A DNA stretch of 64,000 nt from NCBI RefSeq assembly GCF_011045215.1, contig NZ_CP049201.1. One strand, given 5' to 3'. The translations under genes were made by a program, and so were the position numbers. A model generated the notes under the pieces. It was not told the DNA's origin. It worked only from the letters and a program-made list of their open reading frames with translations, and did not search any database. Numbering within the stretch: the first letter of the stretch is position 1; every line of letters starts with the position of its first letter. This stretch comes from Escherichia coli (GTDB taxonomy: Bacteria > Pseudomonadota > Gammaproteobacteria > Enterobacterales > Enterobacteriaceae). Shown here piece by piece: positions 28,668 to 39,362 of this stretch.

Positions 28668-28803
28668 CTCAAATGTGGAGCATTTCTTGCCGTTACGACT
28701 ACAATTTTCTCAATTACTTAACGTATCGTGCCGTTTCGTTTCCCATAAATTTACAATTTCATTACCATAACGGCGTTTTCCCATTCTTAACCTGGCTTTT
28801 TTC

Positions 28804-30906
28804 ATGAAGATTTTTTCCGTCCGACAGACCGTTTTGCCCGCACTACTTGCCCTTTCCCCCGTTGTTTTTGCCGCTGATGAACAGACCATGATTGTCAGTG
28901 CCGCACCGCAGGTGGTTTCAGAACTGGATACCCCAGCAGCAGTAAGCGTGGTGGATGGCGAGGGGATGCGCCTGGCAACACCGCGCATTAACTTGTCCGA
29001 ATCACTGACCAGCGTGCCTGGTTTGCAGGTACAAAATCGGCAGAACTATGCGCAAGATTTACAGCTGTCGATTCGCGGATTTGGCTCCCGCTCCACTTAC
29101 GGAATTCGCGGTATTCGCCTGTATGTGGACGGTATTCCCGCTACCATGCCCGACGGGCAAGGGCAAACATCCAACATCGATTTAAGCAGTGTGCAAAATG
29201 TGGAAGTGCTGCGTGGCCCCTTCTCTGCCCTGTATGGCAACGCGTCTGGCGGTGTAATGAATGTCACCACCCAGACCGGGCAACAGCCACCAACCATTGA
29301 AGCCAGCAGTTACTACGGCAGTTTTGGCAGCTGGCGCTATGGGCTCAAAGCAACGGGTGCAACGGGCGACGGCACACAGCCCGGCGATGTCGATTACACC
29401 GTCTCAACCACGCGTTTTACGACCCACGGCTATCGTGACCATAGTGGCGCACAGAAAAATTTAGCTAATGCCAAACTGGGCGTACGCATTGATGACGCCA
29501 GCAAATTAAGCCTGATTTTCAATAGCGTGGATATCAAAGCAGATGACCCTGGTGGGCTAACCAAAGCAGAATGGAAAGCGAATCCGCAACAAGCGCCACG
29601 CGCTGAACAATACGACACGCGAAAAACCATCAAGCAAACTCAGGCTGGGTTGCGCTATGAACGTAGCCTGAGTTCGCGGGATGATATGAGTGTGATGATG
29701 TATGCCGGAGAGCGAGAAACGACCCAGTACCAGTCAATACCCATGGCACCACAACTTAACCCGTCACATGCGGGCGGCGTGATTACCCTGCAGCGCCATT
29801 ACCAGGGAATAGACAGCCGCTGGACACACCGTGGTGAACTGGGCGTTCCGGTCACGTTCACTACCGGCCTGAACTACGAAAACATGAGTGAAAACCGCAA
29901 GGGCTACAATAACTTCCGCCTGAATAGCGGCATGCCGGAGTACGGGCAAAAAGGTGAGTTGCGTCGCGACGAACGCAATCTGATGTGGAACATCGATCCC
30001 TATTTACAGACGCAGTGGCAGCTGAGCGAAAAACTGTCGCTGGATGCTGGCGTGCGCTACAGCTCCGTGTGGTTTGATTCCAACGACCATTACATTACTC
30101 CGGGTAACGGCGATGACAGCGGTGATGCCAGTTATCACAAATGGCTACCAGCCGGATCGTTAAAATATGCAATGACCGATGCCTGGAATATCTATCTGGC
30201 AGCCGGGCGTGGTTTTGAAACGCCGACGATTAATGAGCTGTCTTATCGGGCTGATGGGCAAAGCGGTATGAACTTTGGTTTAAAACCATCCACCAACGAT
30301 ACAATTGAGATCGGCAGTAAAACGCGTATTGGTGATGGGCTGCTTAGTCTCGCATTGTTCCAGACCGACACCGATGATGAAATTGTTGTCGATAGCAGTA
30401 GCGGTGGGCGTACGACTTACAAAAATGCTGGAAAGACCCGTCGTCAAGGCGCTGAACTGGCATGGGATCAACGTTTCGCGGGAGATTTTCGCGTAAACGC
30501 GTCCTGGACCTGGCTTGATGCGACCTATCGCAGCAATGTTTGCAATGAACAGGATTGTAACGGTAATCGGATGCCAGGGATCGCCCGTAATATGGGCTTT
30601 GCGTCGATAGGTTATGTACCGGAAGATGGCTGGTATGCAGGCACGGAAGCGCGTTATATGGGCGATATTATGGCAGATGATGAAAATACGGCCAAAGCGC
30701 CGTCTTATACTCTCGTCGGCTTATTCACCGGGTATAAATACAATTACCACAATTTAACTGTGGATTTATTTGGTCGTGTCGATAATTTATTCGATAAAGA
30801 ATACGTTGGTTCTGTCATTGTCAATGAGTCAAACGGGCGATATTACGAACCTGCGCCCGGGCGAAATTATGGTGTCGGCGTGAATATAGCATGGCGATTT
30901 GAGTAA
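28804..30906 (+). CDS. yncD: TonB-dependent outer-membrane receptor YncD (700 aa)
   Basis: Signal peptide, TonB-box-like DEQTMIVSA, plug and barrel features, C-terminal aromatic (WRFE). Confidence 0.88.
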   Translation: MKIFSVRQTVLPALLALSPVVFAADEQTMIVSAAPQVVSELDTPAAVSVVDGEGMRLATPRINLSESLTSVPGLQVQNRQNYAQDLQLSIRGFGSRSTYGIRGIRLYVDGIPATMPDGQGQTSNIDLSSVQNVEVLRGPFSALYGNASGGVMNVTTQTGQQPPTIEASSYYGSFGSWRYGLKATGATGDGTQPGDVDYTVSTTRFTTHGYRDHSGAQKNLANAKLGVRIDDASKLSLIFNSVDIKADDPGGLTKAEWKANPQQAPRAEQYDTRKTIKQTQAGLRYERSLSSRDDMSVMMYAGERETTQYQSIPMAPQLNPSHAGGVITLQRHYQGIDSRWTHRGELGVPVTFTTGLNYENMSENRKGYNNFRLNSGMPEYGQKGELRRDERNLMWNIDPYLQTQWQLSEKLSLDAGVRYSSVWFDSNDHYITPGNGDDSGDASYHKWLPAGSLKYAMTDAWNIYLAAGRGFETPTINELSYRADGQSGMNFGLKPSTNDTIEIGSKTRIGDGLLSLALFQTDTDDEIVVDSSSGGRTTYKNAGKTRRQGAELAWDQRFAGDFRVNASWTWLDATYRSNVCNEQDCNGNRMPGIARNMGFASIGYVPEDGWYAGTEARYMGDIMADDENTAKAPSYTLVGLFTGYKYNYHNLTVDLFGRVDNLFDKEYVGSVIVNESNGRYYEPAPGRNYGVGVNIAWRFE

Positions 30907-30916
30907 TTACTTTGAG

Positions 30917-30934
30917 GCCCGGTATTTGCCGGGC
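30917..30934. terminator. Hairpin terminator between yncD and mcbR
   Basis: gcccgg-tatttg-ccgggc followed by T-rich sequence. Confidence 0.55.
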
Positions 30935-30941
30935 ATTTACT

Positions 30942-31607
30942 TTAACGATTGTATTGCTGGTATAAAATAGCAATATTTTGTTGCATAATTTCAGCAAGAC
31001 AATGTCTGCATCCCTCTTTGTCTTTTGCTTTTAACGCAGCGAGTAACAGATGATAGTTTTCTATATGCTCCCGTAATTCCGCTGGATTAATCGCTTCATA
31101 GAGATAATGTAAACCAGGCCCCATCCTGACCCACAGTTGCTCAATCATCTCACACAGGATGGGCATATTTGAGCGATGATAAATCGCTAAGCGAAATAGC
31201 CTGTTTACATTAATGATTTGTTCCATGTCGCCCTTTTCTTGCGCCTGCTGTAATTTCTCGAGCAATTCCTGGAGTTCCGCCAGGTCTTGCGGGGTAAGGT
31301 TTTCAACAGCCAGAGCAACTGCCATTAATTCCAGTTCGTAGCGGATCCGATTGATTTCGTCTAATTGACGTTTCCCCACTTCCGGAACTGTAAATGCTTG
31401 CGCTGGTGCGACAGAAAGCGCATTCACCGAAACCAGACGTAATAATGCTTCACGCACAGGTGTAATACTCATACCTAATTGCTCCGCCAGATTTTTAGTA
31501 ATCAGGCGTGCGCCAGGTTTTAGTGCGCCAATACTAAGCTGATGTTTCAGGTCGTTCTCAACCTGCAGAGTCAAACTGACATGTTTCATTTTTTCCGTTC
31601 CAGGCAT
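30942..31607 (-). CDS. mcbR: GntR/FadR-family transcriptional regulator McbR (YncC)
   Basis: HTH region LKPGARLITKNLAEQLGMSITPVREAL; 221 aa from the internal Met. Confidence 0.85.
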   Translation of the reverse strand: MPGTEKMKHVSLTLQVENDLKHQLSIGALKPGARLITKNLAEQLGMSITPVREALLRLVSVNALSVAPAQAFTVPEVGKRQLDEINRIRYELELMAVALAVENLTPQDLAELQELLEKLQQAQEKGDMEQIINVNRLFRLAIYHRSNMPILCEMIEQLWVRMGPGLHYLYEAINPAELREHIENYHLLLAALKAKDKEGCRHCLAEIMQQNIAILYQQYNR

Positions 31608-31804
31608 TTTAATTCCTTCGCGTGTTTTCTGTCCAACCCTGCCTGCATGGCAGAAGGAATTCACCTGGTGTATTAAAGTGAATAATCATAAACCACTCAC
31701 CTTTGTTGTTATTAGCAGCAGAACAATGATGTGGTTAGTTAATTAAAGCTGAAAATAAGCTTTTTGCCTGGATTTTTATGGCGGCTTACGCCGCCGTTGA
31801 AACT

Positions 31805-32842
31805 TTAATCATCACCCGCCACGCGGATCACCACTTTGCCGAAGTTTTTACCCTTCAGCAGGCCGATAAACGTCTGTGGCGCATTCTCTAAACCGTCAGT
31901 AATTTCTTCTCGGTAGTGGATTTTATCCTCTTTCACCCATTGCCCCATCTCCTTCTGAAACTCATGGATGCGGTGACCATAATCCTGAGCGATAATAAAC
32001 CCTTGCAAGCGAATACGTTTTTTCAGCACCGTTGCCATCAACAGGGGTAAACGATCCGGACCGGGTGGTAGCTCTGTAGCGTTATAGCTGCTCACTAATC
32101 CGCAGACGGGAATGCGCGCAGATGTATTAAGTAATGGTAGCACTGCATCAAATACCTTACCGCCCACGTTTTCATAATAGATATCAATACCTTTTGGGCA
32201 CGCTTTCGCCAGTTGTTCGGCAAAATCATCCGCGTGGTGATCAAGACAAACATCGAAGCCTAACACCTCGGTAGCATGGCGGCATTTTTCCGCGCCACCG
32301 GCTACCCCCACCACTCTGCAACCTTTAAGTTTGCCGATTTGCCCCACCGTCGCCCCCACTGGTCCTGTCGCCGCAGCTACCACCAACGTTTCGCCCTCTT
32401 TAGGCTGACCGATATCCAGTAGGCCCATATAAGCGGTAAAGCCTGGCATCCCTAGCACACCCAGCGACCACGATGGATTTTGCGGATGATCGCCAAGTTT
32501 CACCAGATCATCACCACTGGATATGTCATAGTCTTGCCATCCACTGTAGCCCAGCACCCAGTCGCCAGACTGATAATCAGGATGATTCGACTCCACGACA
32601 CGGCTCACCGTACCGCCGACCATCACGCCGCCAATATCAACCGGCGGTGAATAAGATGGCTCATCGCTCATACGTCCACGCATATACGGGTCCAGGGACA
32701 AATAAACTGTGCGCAGTAACACCTGTCCTTCACCCGGTGTGGCGACATCATCTTCTTCAAGACGGAAATTCTCCGGAACCGGTGCGCCATGTGGACGCGA
32801 GGCCAGAACCCAACGTCGATTACGCTGCTTTTGTTGCCCCAT
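31805..32842 (-). CDS. curA: NADPH-dependent curcumin/dihydrocurcumin reductase CurA (YncB)
   Basis: MGQQKQRNRRWVLASRPHGAPVPENFRLEE; MDR/zinc-independent oxidoreductase; 345 aa. Confidence 0.88.
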   Translation of the reverse strand: MGQQKQRNRRWVLASRPHGAPVPENFRLEEDDVATPGEGQVLLRTVYLSLDPYMRGRMSDEPSYSPPVDIGGVMVGGTVSRVVESNHPDYQSGDWVLGYSGWQDYDISSGDDLVKLGDHPQNPSWSLGVLGMPGFTAYMGLLDIGQPKEGETLVVAAATGPVGATVGQIGKLKGCRVVGVAGGAEKCRHATEVLGFDVCLDHHADDFAEQLAKACPKGIDIYYENVGGKVFDAVLPLLNTSARIPVCGLVSSYNATELPPGPDRLPLLMATVLKKRIRLQGFIIAQDYGHRIHEFQKEMGQWVKEDKIHYREEITDGLENAPQTFIGLLKGKNFGKVVIRVAGDD

Positions 32843-33022
32843 AATGCTCTCCTGTGCTTTTGGCATGAATCCATCAATAGTAGCAGGCTCACGGGATTGG
32901 TTTTGTTTGCAGCCGTCACATCCCCTCTGCAACACGCAATAATTTCATCGAGGAATCCGTTGCTTCGGGCTGTTTTCGATAGTATTGATAACATCATCAT
33001 CATTATTTTATCGAGGCCAGAC

Positions 33023-33541
33023 ATGTCCATCCGTTTTGCCCGCAAAGCCGACTGTGTTGCCATTGCGGAAATTTATAACCACGCCGTGTTGTATACGGCG
33101 GCTATCTGGAATGACCAAACGGTGGATGCAGATAACCGCATTGCCTGGTTTGAAGCGCGGACCATAGCAGGTTATCCGGTGCTGGTAAGTGAAGAAGATG
33201 GCGTAGTGACGGGATATGCCTCGTTTGGCGACTGGCGTAGTTTCGATGGTTTTCGCCATACCGTGGAACATTCGGTTTATGTCCATCCCGATCATCAGGG
33301 CAAAGGTCTGGGGCGTAAATTGTTAAGCCGATTGATTGATGAAGCGCGGGATTGCGGGAAGCATGTCATGGTCGCCGGGATCGAATCGCAAAACCAGGCT
33401 TCGCTGCATCTCCACCAGTCGCTGGGATTTGTCATCACCGCACAAATGCCGCAGGTAGGCACTAAATTTGGGCGCTGGCTGGATCTGACATTTATGCAGT
33501 TGCAACTCGACGAGCGCACTGAACCGGACGCGATTGGATGA
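33023..33541 (+). CDS. mnaT: L-amino acid N-acyltransferase MnaT (YncA), GNAT family
   Basis: MSIRFARKADCVAIAEIYNHAVLYTAAIWN; 172 aa. Confidence 0.85.
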   Translation: MSIRFARKADCVAIAEIYNHAVLYTAAIWNDQTVDADNRIAWFEARTIAGYPVLVSEEDGVVTGYASFGDWRSFDGFRHTVEHSVYVHPDHQGKGLGRKLLSRLIDEARDCGKHVMVAGIESQNQASLHLHQSLGFVITAQMPQVGTKFGRWLDLTFMQLQLDERTEPDAIG

Positions 33542-33987
33542 ATCAGTCGCTCACCCTTGCTTTTTTGATTGCCGCCGGAATTGGTCTGGTAGTCCAGAAC
33601 ACGCTGATGGTGCGCATCACCCAGACCTCCTCTACCATTCTCATCGCCATGTTGCTGAACTCACTGGTGGGGATTGTGCTCTTTGTTTCTATTTTATGGT
33701 TTAAACAAGGTATGGCGGGGTTTGGCGAACTGGTGTCCAGCGTGCGCTGGTGGACACTTATACCCGGCTTGCTGGGATCGTTTTTTGTCTTTGCCAGTAT
33801 CAGCGGATATCAGAATGTGGGAGCGGCGACAACTATTGCAGTACTGGTCGCCAGCCAGCTGATTGGCGGTCTGGTGCTGGATATCTTCCGCAGTCATGGC
33901 GTACCACTACGGGCATTGTTCGGCCCAATTTGTGGCGCAATTTTACTTGTGGTTGGCGCCTGGTTGGTGGCCAGACGCTCATTTTAA
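33538..33987 (+). CDS. ydcZ: Inner-membrane protein YdcZ (149 aa)
   Basis: Multi-TM 149 aa protein; start overlaps mnaT stop; synteny. Confidence 0.8.
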   Translation: MNQSLTLAFLIAAGIGLVVQNTLMVRITQTSSTILIAMLLNSLVGIVLFVSILWFKQGMAGFGELVSSVRWWTLIPGLLGSFFVFASISGYQNVGAATTIAVLVASQLIGGLVLDIFRSHGVPLRALFGPICGAILLVVGAWLVARRSF

Positions 33988-34221
33988 TCACAGGATGGTG
34001 CCGCCTTTGGTTAACTGTTCGTGGCGCGCTTCCGTATCTTCTTTATGCTTGCGACCGTGATGAGCAATAGCGGTGCGCAAACGCTGCTGCTGGGTGTAGC
34101 GATCTTCCCGACTTAACTCCGCGTCATCGCTCAGGGCGATTAATAATTCGTTCATATGGGCAATGACGCTCTCTTCAATCGCGGCATCCACACGCGCGAT
34201 GACTTCATCCAGATGCGACAT
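33988..34221 (-). CDS. ydcY: Small protein YdcY (77 aa)
   Basis: MSHLDEVIARVDAAIEESVIAHMNELL; length and position. Confidence 0.75.
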   Translation of the reverse strand: MSHLDEVIARVDAAIEESVIAHMNELLIALSDDAELSREDRYTQQQRLRTAIAHHGRKHKEDTEARHEQLTKGGTIL

Positions 34222-34306
34222 ACTTTCTCCTTAGCCACTTGTGAAATTTATCGATTCATCCAAATGATATAAGTCTGCGTGGTGCCGTCAAGCCAGTGAG
34301 TAAGAT

Positions 34307-34480
34307 TTAAAACAGTGAAAACAACAGCGCCACCGGGAAACTCATCGGCCATGTTGCCCCCACCAGAAAGGCGCTTAAGAAACGGATGCGTTTCTTATCG
34401 TGAGAAAGAAACCAAGTGATAAGAAATGAGATTGCTGCCATAACCGCATAAAAAACAAGCATGTGTTGATAGAGAGACAT
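34307..34480 (-). CDS. ortT: Orphan membrane toxin OrtT (YdcX), 57 aa
   Basis: MSLYQHMLVFYAVMAAISFLITWFLSHDKKRIRF... small hydrophobic peptide. Confidence 0.75.
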   Translation of the reverse strand: MSLYQHMLVFYAVMAAISFLITWFLSHDKKRIRFLSAFLVGATWPMSFPVALLFSLF

Positions 34481-34674
34481 GTACGGGCGTCCAGCCAGAT
34501 GAATAAAACGCGCGCAAATATGCGTCATTTTTTGATGTGCATCAAGTTTTTTAACCGGTTTGAGAAAAAAACATCAAACAGCAACTTGCCCTTATCCATC
34601 TTCAGAATGAGTATTATTGCGGATTTTCTTAACCCGTACTATACACATAGGGGCAATGATAAAAGGTGGCAAAA

Positions 34675-34770
34675 ATGAATGTTTCCAGTAGAACTGTAGT
34701 ACTGATAAATGTCTTTGCTGCTGTTGGTTTGTTTACTCTTATCTCTATGAGATTTGGCTGGTTTATTTGA
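34675..34770 (+). CDS. yncL: Small membrane protein YncL (31 aa)
   Basis: MNVSSRTVVLINVFAAVGLFTLISMRFGWFI with AAAGGTGG RBS upstream. Confidence 0.7.
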   Translation: MNVSSRTVVLINVFAAVGLFTLISMRFGWFI

Positions 34771-35171
34771 TGTAGTGATTTTGCACGCAGCACGTACTGT
34801 CAGAGAAATCAGTGCTCTGACAGTACGCAAGATCTTCTCATACTCTCCAGGTTTACAACATTATCCTTAATATTTACTTCTTTTTGCTGGTATCTACATT
34901 GAAATGAGTAGAAAACATCCCCCTACTGTCGTCTATACAAACAGCTTACTGATTCAAAGGGAATCTTGTTTTCACATTTTTCTATCATGAATACTTTATA
35001 CGCGCGGGAGTCTATAAATGCTTTATACTTTCAAGGAATAACGTAAATATAAAAAGATGGCGTGAAGTATATGCATGGCAGGATGTTTGCAACCTCCTTG
35101 ATGACGCTGCCCCATTGAAATTGCAAACCCCGCCCTGGTTATCTTGCCCATTTATCATGCAAAACAGATAA

Positions 35172-35981
35172 TTATAGGCCTCTGAATACCTCAGAAAGAT
35201 TGAATTTTTTATAGTCCCTCTCTTGAATATTTCCATTTGAAATCAATCGATTCATCTCTTCAACAAAATAATTTATATCATCACACTTGTTATTATCCGG
35301 AAGATCTGAGTAGTTATAATTCCACCATTTTATTCTCAACAGTTCATCAATAACATTTGAATCAAACCTAAATCTGATTATTTTTGCAGGAACTCCTGCA
35401 ACTATGGCATATGGGGGCACATCTTTGGTAACAACGGAATTGGCAGCAATAACAGCACCATCACCTATTACGATGCCACCTTTCAATACAACATCATTTC
35501 CTATCCAGACATCATTTCCTATAATCGGATTTTCAGGTTTGGTAATGAATGGTTTCAATGTCCAGCTACGTTCAAACTCACTCATAGCAAACTTATCAAA
35601 TTCACCGTTATAAGTCATCATGTGAGTAGTAAAACGATTCAAAGGATGATTTCCACCCATTATTTTTACATTTGATGCAATACTACAAAATCGACCTATA
35701 CGTATATTCCCTGAAAAATGACAGGTCGGAAATGAAAAAGCGCCGACACTGGAGAAATTTTTTACAGGCATTGTTGAATATTCTTCAGCAATAACATTAT
35801 CTTCAATTGTTATCTTGTCACCTTTTGAGAAAAGAAATAAATTCCTTTCTTTATAAGACTTCTTCCCCTTATGATTTAAAAAGATTTTATTATCCATACA
35901 AAACTCAAAGTGTTTTTTCGTCCATCTGAAGGTAAGGGTTTTATTTTTATCTTCCGTGAATTTGTACAATTGAACTTTCAT
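35172..35981 (-). CDS. Hexapeptide-repeat xenobiotic acetyltransferase (XAT family; resembles Vat streptogramin A acetyltransferases / CatB); start uncertain (alternative ATGs would give about 241 or 199 aa)
   Basis: C-terminal block IGNDVWIGNDVVLKGGIVIGDGAVIAANSVVTKDVPPYAIVAGVPAKIIRFRFDSNVIDELLRIKWWNY closely parallels the recalled VatD/SatA core; NHPLNRFTTH His region also present; AT-rich gene. Confidence 0.7.
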   Translation of the reverse strand: MKVQLYKFTEDKNKTLTFRWTKKHFEFCMDNKIFLNHKGKKSYKERNLFLFSKGDKITIEDNVIAEEYSTMPVKNFSSVGAFSFPTCHFSGNIRIGRFCSIASNVKIMGGNHPLNRFTTHMMTYNGEFDKFAMSEFERSWTLKPFITKPENPIIGNDVWIGNDVVLKGGIVIGDGAVIAANSVVTKDVPPYAIVAGVPAKIIRFRFDSNVIDELLRIKWWNYNYSDLPDNNKCDDINYFVEEMNRLISNGNIQERDYKKFNLSEVFRGL

Positions 35982-36190
35982 TGTTAATACTTCTACTTAT
36001 AAATTATTAGTTTAATAACAATACTCTAAAGCCTTATGCTAATCAACTGTGACAGGATGAAAAATCGCCATCAAACATTTAGTCTAATTTTTACGCTAGT
36101 TATTAATGTAATCATTCTAATACTTAACCGCCATTAAACTCAGAACCTAAAACGATAGTGGCCGTCCTATAACAGCCACTAACATCTAAC

Positions 36191-37615
36191 TTAATGTTTA
36201 ACCATGACGTGGCGGACGACGGTGTAATCCTCCAGCCCATAAAGTGACATATCCTTGCCGTAACCAGAAAGTTTCTGCCCACCGTGCGGCATTTCACTCA
36301 CCAGCATAAAATGGGTATTGACCCAGGTACAACCATATTGCAGCCGTGCGCTGACGCGATGCGCCCTGCCCACATCTTTCGTCCATACCGAAGATGCAAG
36401 TCCGTACTGGCTGTCATTCGCCCAGTTCACCACCTGTTCTTCGTTGTCAAAGGGCGTAACACTCACTACTGGACCAAATACCTCTTTTTGCACGATGGCA
36501 TCGTCCTGTAATGCGCCAGCCAGCAGCGTCGGCGCATAGTAATAGCCATTACCCTTGCGCTTTTCACCACCGGTGATCACTTTGATATGCCCTGTCGCTT
36601 TCGCCTCTTCTACTGCCTTGCTGACGCGTTCGAGATGCGCCAGCGAGCTTAAAGGTCCAAGCTCCGTAAACTCGTCATCCGGCGCACCAGATTTTAACGT
36701 TGCCACCGCAGCACCCAGTTTTTCCACCAGCGTATCGTAAATGCCTTTTTGCGCGTAGATCCGACAAGCCGCAGTACAATCCTGTCCGGCATTGTAATAG
36801 CCAAATGTACGTACACCTTCGACCACTGCTTCAATATCCGCATCATCAAAAACAATCACTGGCGCTTTGCCACCAAGTTCCATATGAGTACGCTTAATGG
36901 AGGGCGCGGTATGGCTGATGATGTGCTCGCCGGTGGCGATAGAGCCCGTCAGCGACACCATCCGCACTTTAGGATGTCCGGTCAGCGGATCGCCCACCGT
37001 TTTGCCTCTGCCAAACAGTACGTTAATCACGCCTGCCGGGAAGATATCTTTCGCCAGCTCCGCCAACTTCAACGCGGTCAGCGGGGTAATTTCTGATGGT
37101 TTAAGCACTACGCAGTTCCCTGCCGCCAGCGCCGGAGCCAGTTTCCACGCTGCCATCATCAGCGGATAATTCCACGGTGCGATAGAAGCCACGACCCCCA
37201 ACGGATCGCGACGGATCATCGAAGTATGACCTTCAAGATATTCACCTGCCGCCAGACCATTCAGACAGCGCGCCGCACCCGCGAAAAAGCGAAAAACATC
37301 GACAATCGCCGGGATTTCATCATTGAACGCACTATGCAGCGGTTTGCCACAATTACGGGACTCCAGTTCGGCAAAAACCTGACCATTTTCTTCGATTACA
37401 TCAGCCAGTTTCAGCAGACATTCCGCACGCACTTTCGGCGTGGTTTGCCCCCATTCGGCAAATGCTGCATCTGCCGCGCGCACAGCAGCATCGACCTGCT
37501 CTGCGGATGCCTCGGCAATCTCCAGTAAAACGTCCCCCGTTGCCGGATTATAGACAGGCTGTTTTTCCCCTTCGCCGCTAACCAGTTCTCCGTTAATCAG
37601 TAACTTATGTTGCAT
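36191..37615 (-). CDS. patD: Gamma-aminobutyraldehyde dehydrogenase PatD (YdcW/Prr)
   Basis: 474 aa ALDH with catalytic [10 protein letters not shown] motif; synteny. Confidence 0.9.
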   Translation of the reverse strand: MQHKLLINGELVSGEGEKQPVYNPATGDVLLEIAEASAEQVDAAVRAADAAFAEWGQTTPKVRAECLLKLADVIEENGQVFAELESRNCGKPLHSAFNDEIPAIVDVFRFFAGAARCLNGLAAGEYLEGHTSMIRRDPLGVVASIAPWNYPLMMAAWKLAPALAAGNCVVLKPSEITPLTALKLAELAKDIFPAGVINVLFGRGKTVGDPLTGHPKVRMVSLTGSIATGEHIISHTAPSIKRTHMELGGKAPVIVFDDADIEAVVEGVRTFGYYNAGQDCTAACRIYAQKGIYDTLVEKLGAAVATLKSGAPDDEFTELGPLSSLAHLERVSKAVEEAKATGHIKVITGGEKRKGNGYYYAPTLLAGALQDDAIVQKEVFGPVVSVTPFDNEEQVVNWANDSQYGLASSVWTKDVGRAHRVSARLQYGCTWVNTHFMLVSEMPHGGQKLSGYGKDMSLYGLEDYTVVRHVMVKH

Positions 37616-37636
37616 AGCATATTCCTGTATCAGTGG

Positions 37637-38431
37637 TTATTGACCATTGTCGCCTTCGCGGGTTAGCCACCAGGCCCCCAGGATCGGCAAGGTTGTTACC
37701 AACATAACCAGCAGTGCCACCACGTTAGTTACCGGTACATCACGCGGTCGCCCAAGCTGATTGAGCAACCACAACGGTAACGTTCGTTCATGACCTGCCG
37801 TAAAGGTCGTAACGATGATTTCATCGAACGACAAGGCAAACGCCAGCATTCCTCCTGCCAGTAATGCCGAACTGAGATTCGGCAACACTACGTAGCGGAA
37901 GGTTTGCCAGCCATTGGCCCCAAGATCCATTGACGCCTCAACCAGACTCCACGAGGTGCGGCGAAAACGGGCGATGACATTGTTAAACACCACAACTACA
38001 CAAAAAGTCGCATGACCGACCACGATGGTGAAAAATCCCGGCTCCAGATTGATGGTTTTAAAGGCGGTTAATAACGCCAGACCAGTGACAATGCCCGGCA
38101 GCGCAATGGGCAGCAGCAGTAACAGCGAAATGGCGTTTTTGCCGAAAAAGTCTCGTCGCCACAGCGCGGCAGCTGCCAGCGTCCCTAACACCAGCGCCAT
38201 TAATGTCGCCAGCGCCGCCACTTTAAGTGACAATGTCACGGCATCAAGAATATCACTACGCTGTGCTGCCACGCTAAACCAGCGCAGCGTCAGGCCCTGC
38301 GGTGGAAAACTAAACGCCGCATCTTCAGTGTTAAACGCATAGGCGGCGATTATCAGGATGGGAAAATGTAGGAAAACAACGCCGCCCCAGGCCGCCAGTT
38401 TGAGGAAAAACGGTGCGCGTTCAGAGTGCAT
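37637..38431 (-). CDS. ydcV: ABC transporter permease YdcV
   Basis: 264 aa multi-TM permease; ydcSTUV operon order. Confidence 0.85.
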   Translation of the reverse strand: MHSERAPFFLKLAAWGGVVFLHFPILIIAAYAFNTEDAAFSFPPQGLTLRWFSVAAQRSDILDAVTLSLKVAALATLMALVLGTLAAAALWRRDFFGKNAISLLLLLPIALPGIVTGLALLTAFKTINLEPGFFTIVVGHATFCVVVVFNNVIARFRRTSWSLVEASMDLGANGWQTFRYVVLPNLSSALLAGGMLAFALSFDEIIVTTFTAGHERTLPLWLLNQLGRPRDVPVTNVVALLVMLVTTLPILGAWWLTREGDNGQ

Positions 38432-39362
38432 CGAACGCTCCCAGACGTTTCACGAACGCCAGGTACAGTGCGATAAGAACAATCGGCACCAGGGTGAATG
38501 CCGCCGCCATCGGCATATTGCCAATCGCCCCCTGCTGGGAATAAACCATATTGCCGATAAAATATCCTGGCGGGCCAACCAGCTGCGGGACGATAAAATC
38601 GCCCAGTGTGAGTGAGAAGGTAAAGATAGAGCCAGCGGCAATACCCGGGATCGCCAGCGGCAGCACCACATAGCGAAAGGTTTGTCGTGGACGTGCGCCG
38701 AGATCAGCTGACGCCTGCAACAATGACGGCGGCAAACGCTCAAGCGCCGCCTGCACGGGCAGGATCATGAACGGCAGCCAGATATAGAGAAACACCAGAA
38801 AGCGCCCCAGCCCGGAAGTTGACAGCGTATTGCCGCCCACCGCAGGTAATGTAAGGAACGCAGTCAGCAGTGGTTCCAGCCCAAGATGTTGTAAAAACCA
38901 CTGAGCCACGCCATCTTTTGCCAGCAATAACGTCCAGGCATAGGCTTTAACAATGTAGCTCGCCCACATCGGCAACATTACCGCAATATAAAAAAACGCT
39001 TTCATTTTCCCGCTGGTATAGCGCGCCATATACCACGCCATTGGAAAAGCCAGAATGGCGCTGGCGATAGTGACTGCCACAGCCATAGTCAGCGTGCGGA
39101 GAATGATGTCGTAATTCGCCGGATTAAACAGCGCACGGATATTCGCCAGCGTCAGTTCCGGCGTTACCGACATGGTGAAATCGTCAAAAGTATAAAAGCC
39201 CTGCCATAACAGCGTTAGCAGCGAGCCGAAATAGACAATGCCAAACCACATTAGCGGGCCAAGCAGCAGCAAAAACAGCCCCAGCCCCGGATTCCGCCAG
39301 AAGAAACCGGACACCTTACCCAGACCTGGACGTGAAGGTGATTGCAATACGTTCATCGCCAT
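38421..39362 (-). CDS. ydcU: ABC transporter permease YdcU
   Basis: 313 aa permease; overlaps ydcV start. Confidence 0.85.
   Translation of the reverse strand: MAMNVLQSPSRPGLGKVSGFFWRNPGLGLFLLLLGPLMWFGIVYFGSLLTLLWQGFYTFDDFTMSVTPELTLANIRALFNPANYDIILRTLTMAVAVTIASAILAFPMAWYMARYTSGKMKAFFYIAVMLPMWASYIVKAYAWTLLLAKDGVAQWFLQHLGLEPLLTAFLTLPAVGGNTLSTSGLGRFLVFLYIWLPFMILPVQAALERLPPSLLQASADLGARPRQTFRYVVLPLAIPGIAAGSIFTFSLTLGDFIVPQLVGPPGYFIGNMVYSQQGAIGNMPMAAAFTLVPIVLIALYLAFVKRLGAFDAL

Noticed and set aside
32668-33519. ORFs overlapping the curA-mnaT junction (32668-33063 minus, 33008-33295 minus, 33295-33519 minus)
   Set aside because: They overlap the well-supported curA and mnaT frames and lack independent support.
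35012-35236. 74-aa minus-strand ORF downstream of the acetyltransferase
   Set aside because: Low-complexity AT-rich translation that overlaps the 3' end of the acetyltransferase gene.
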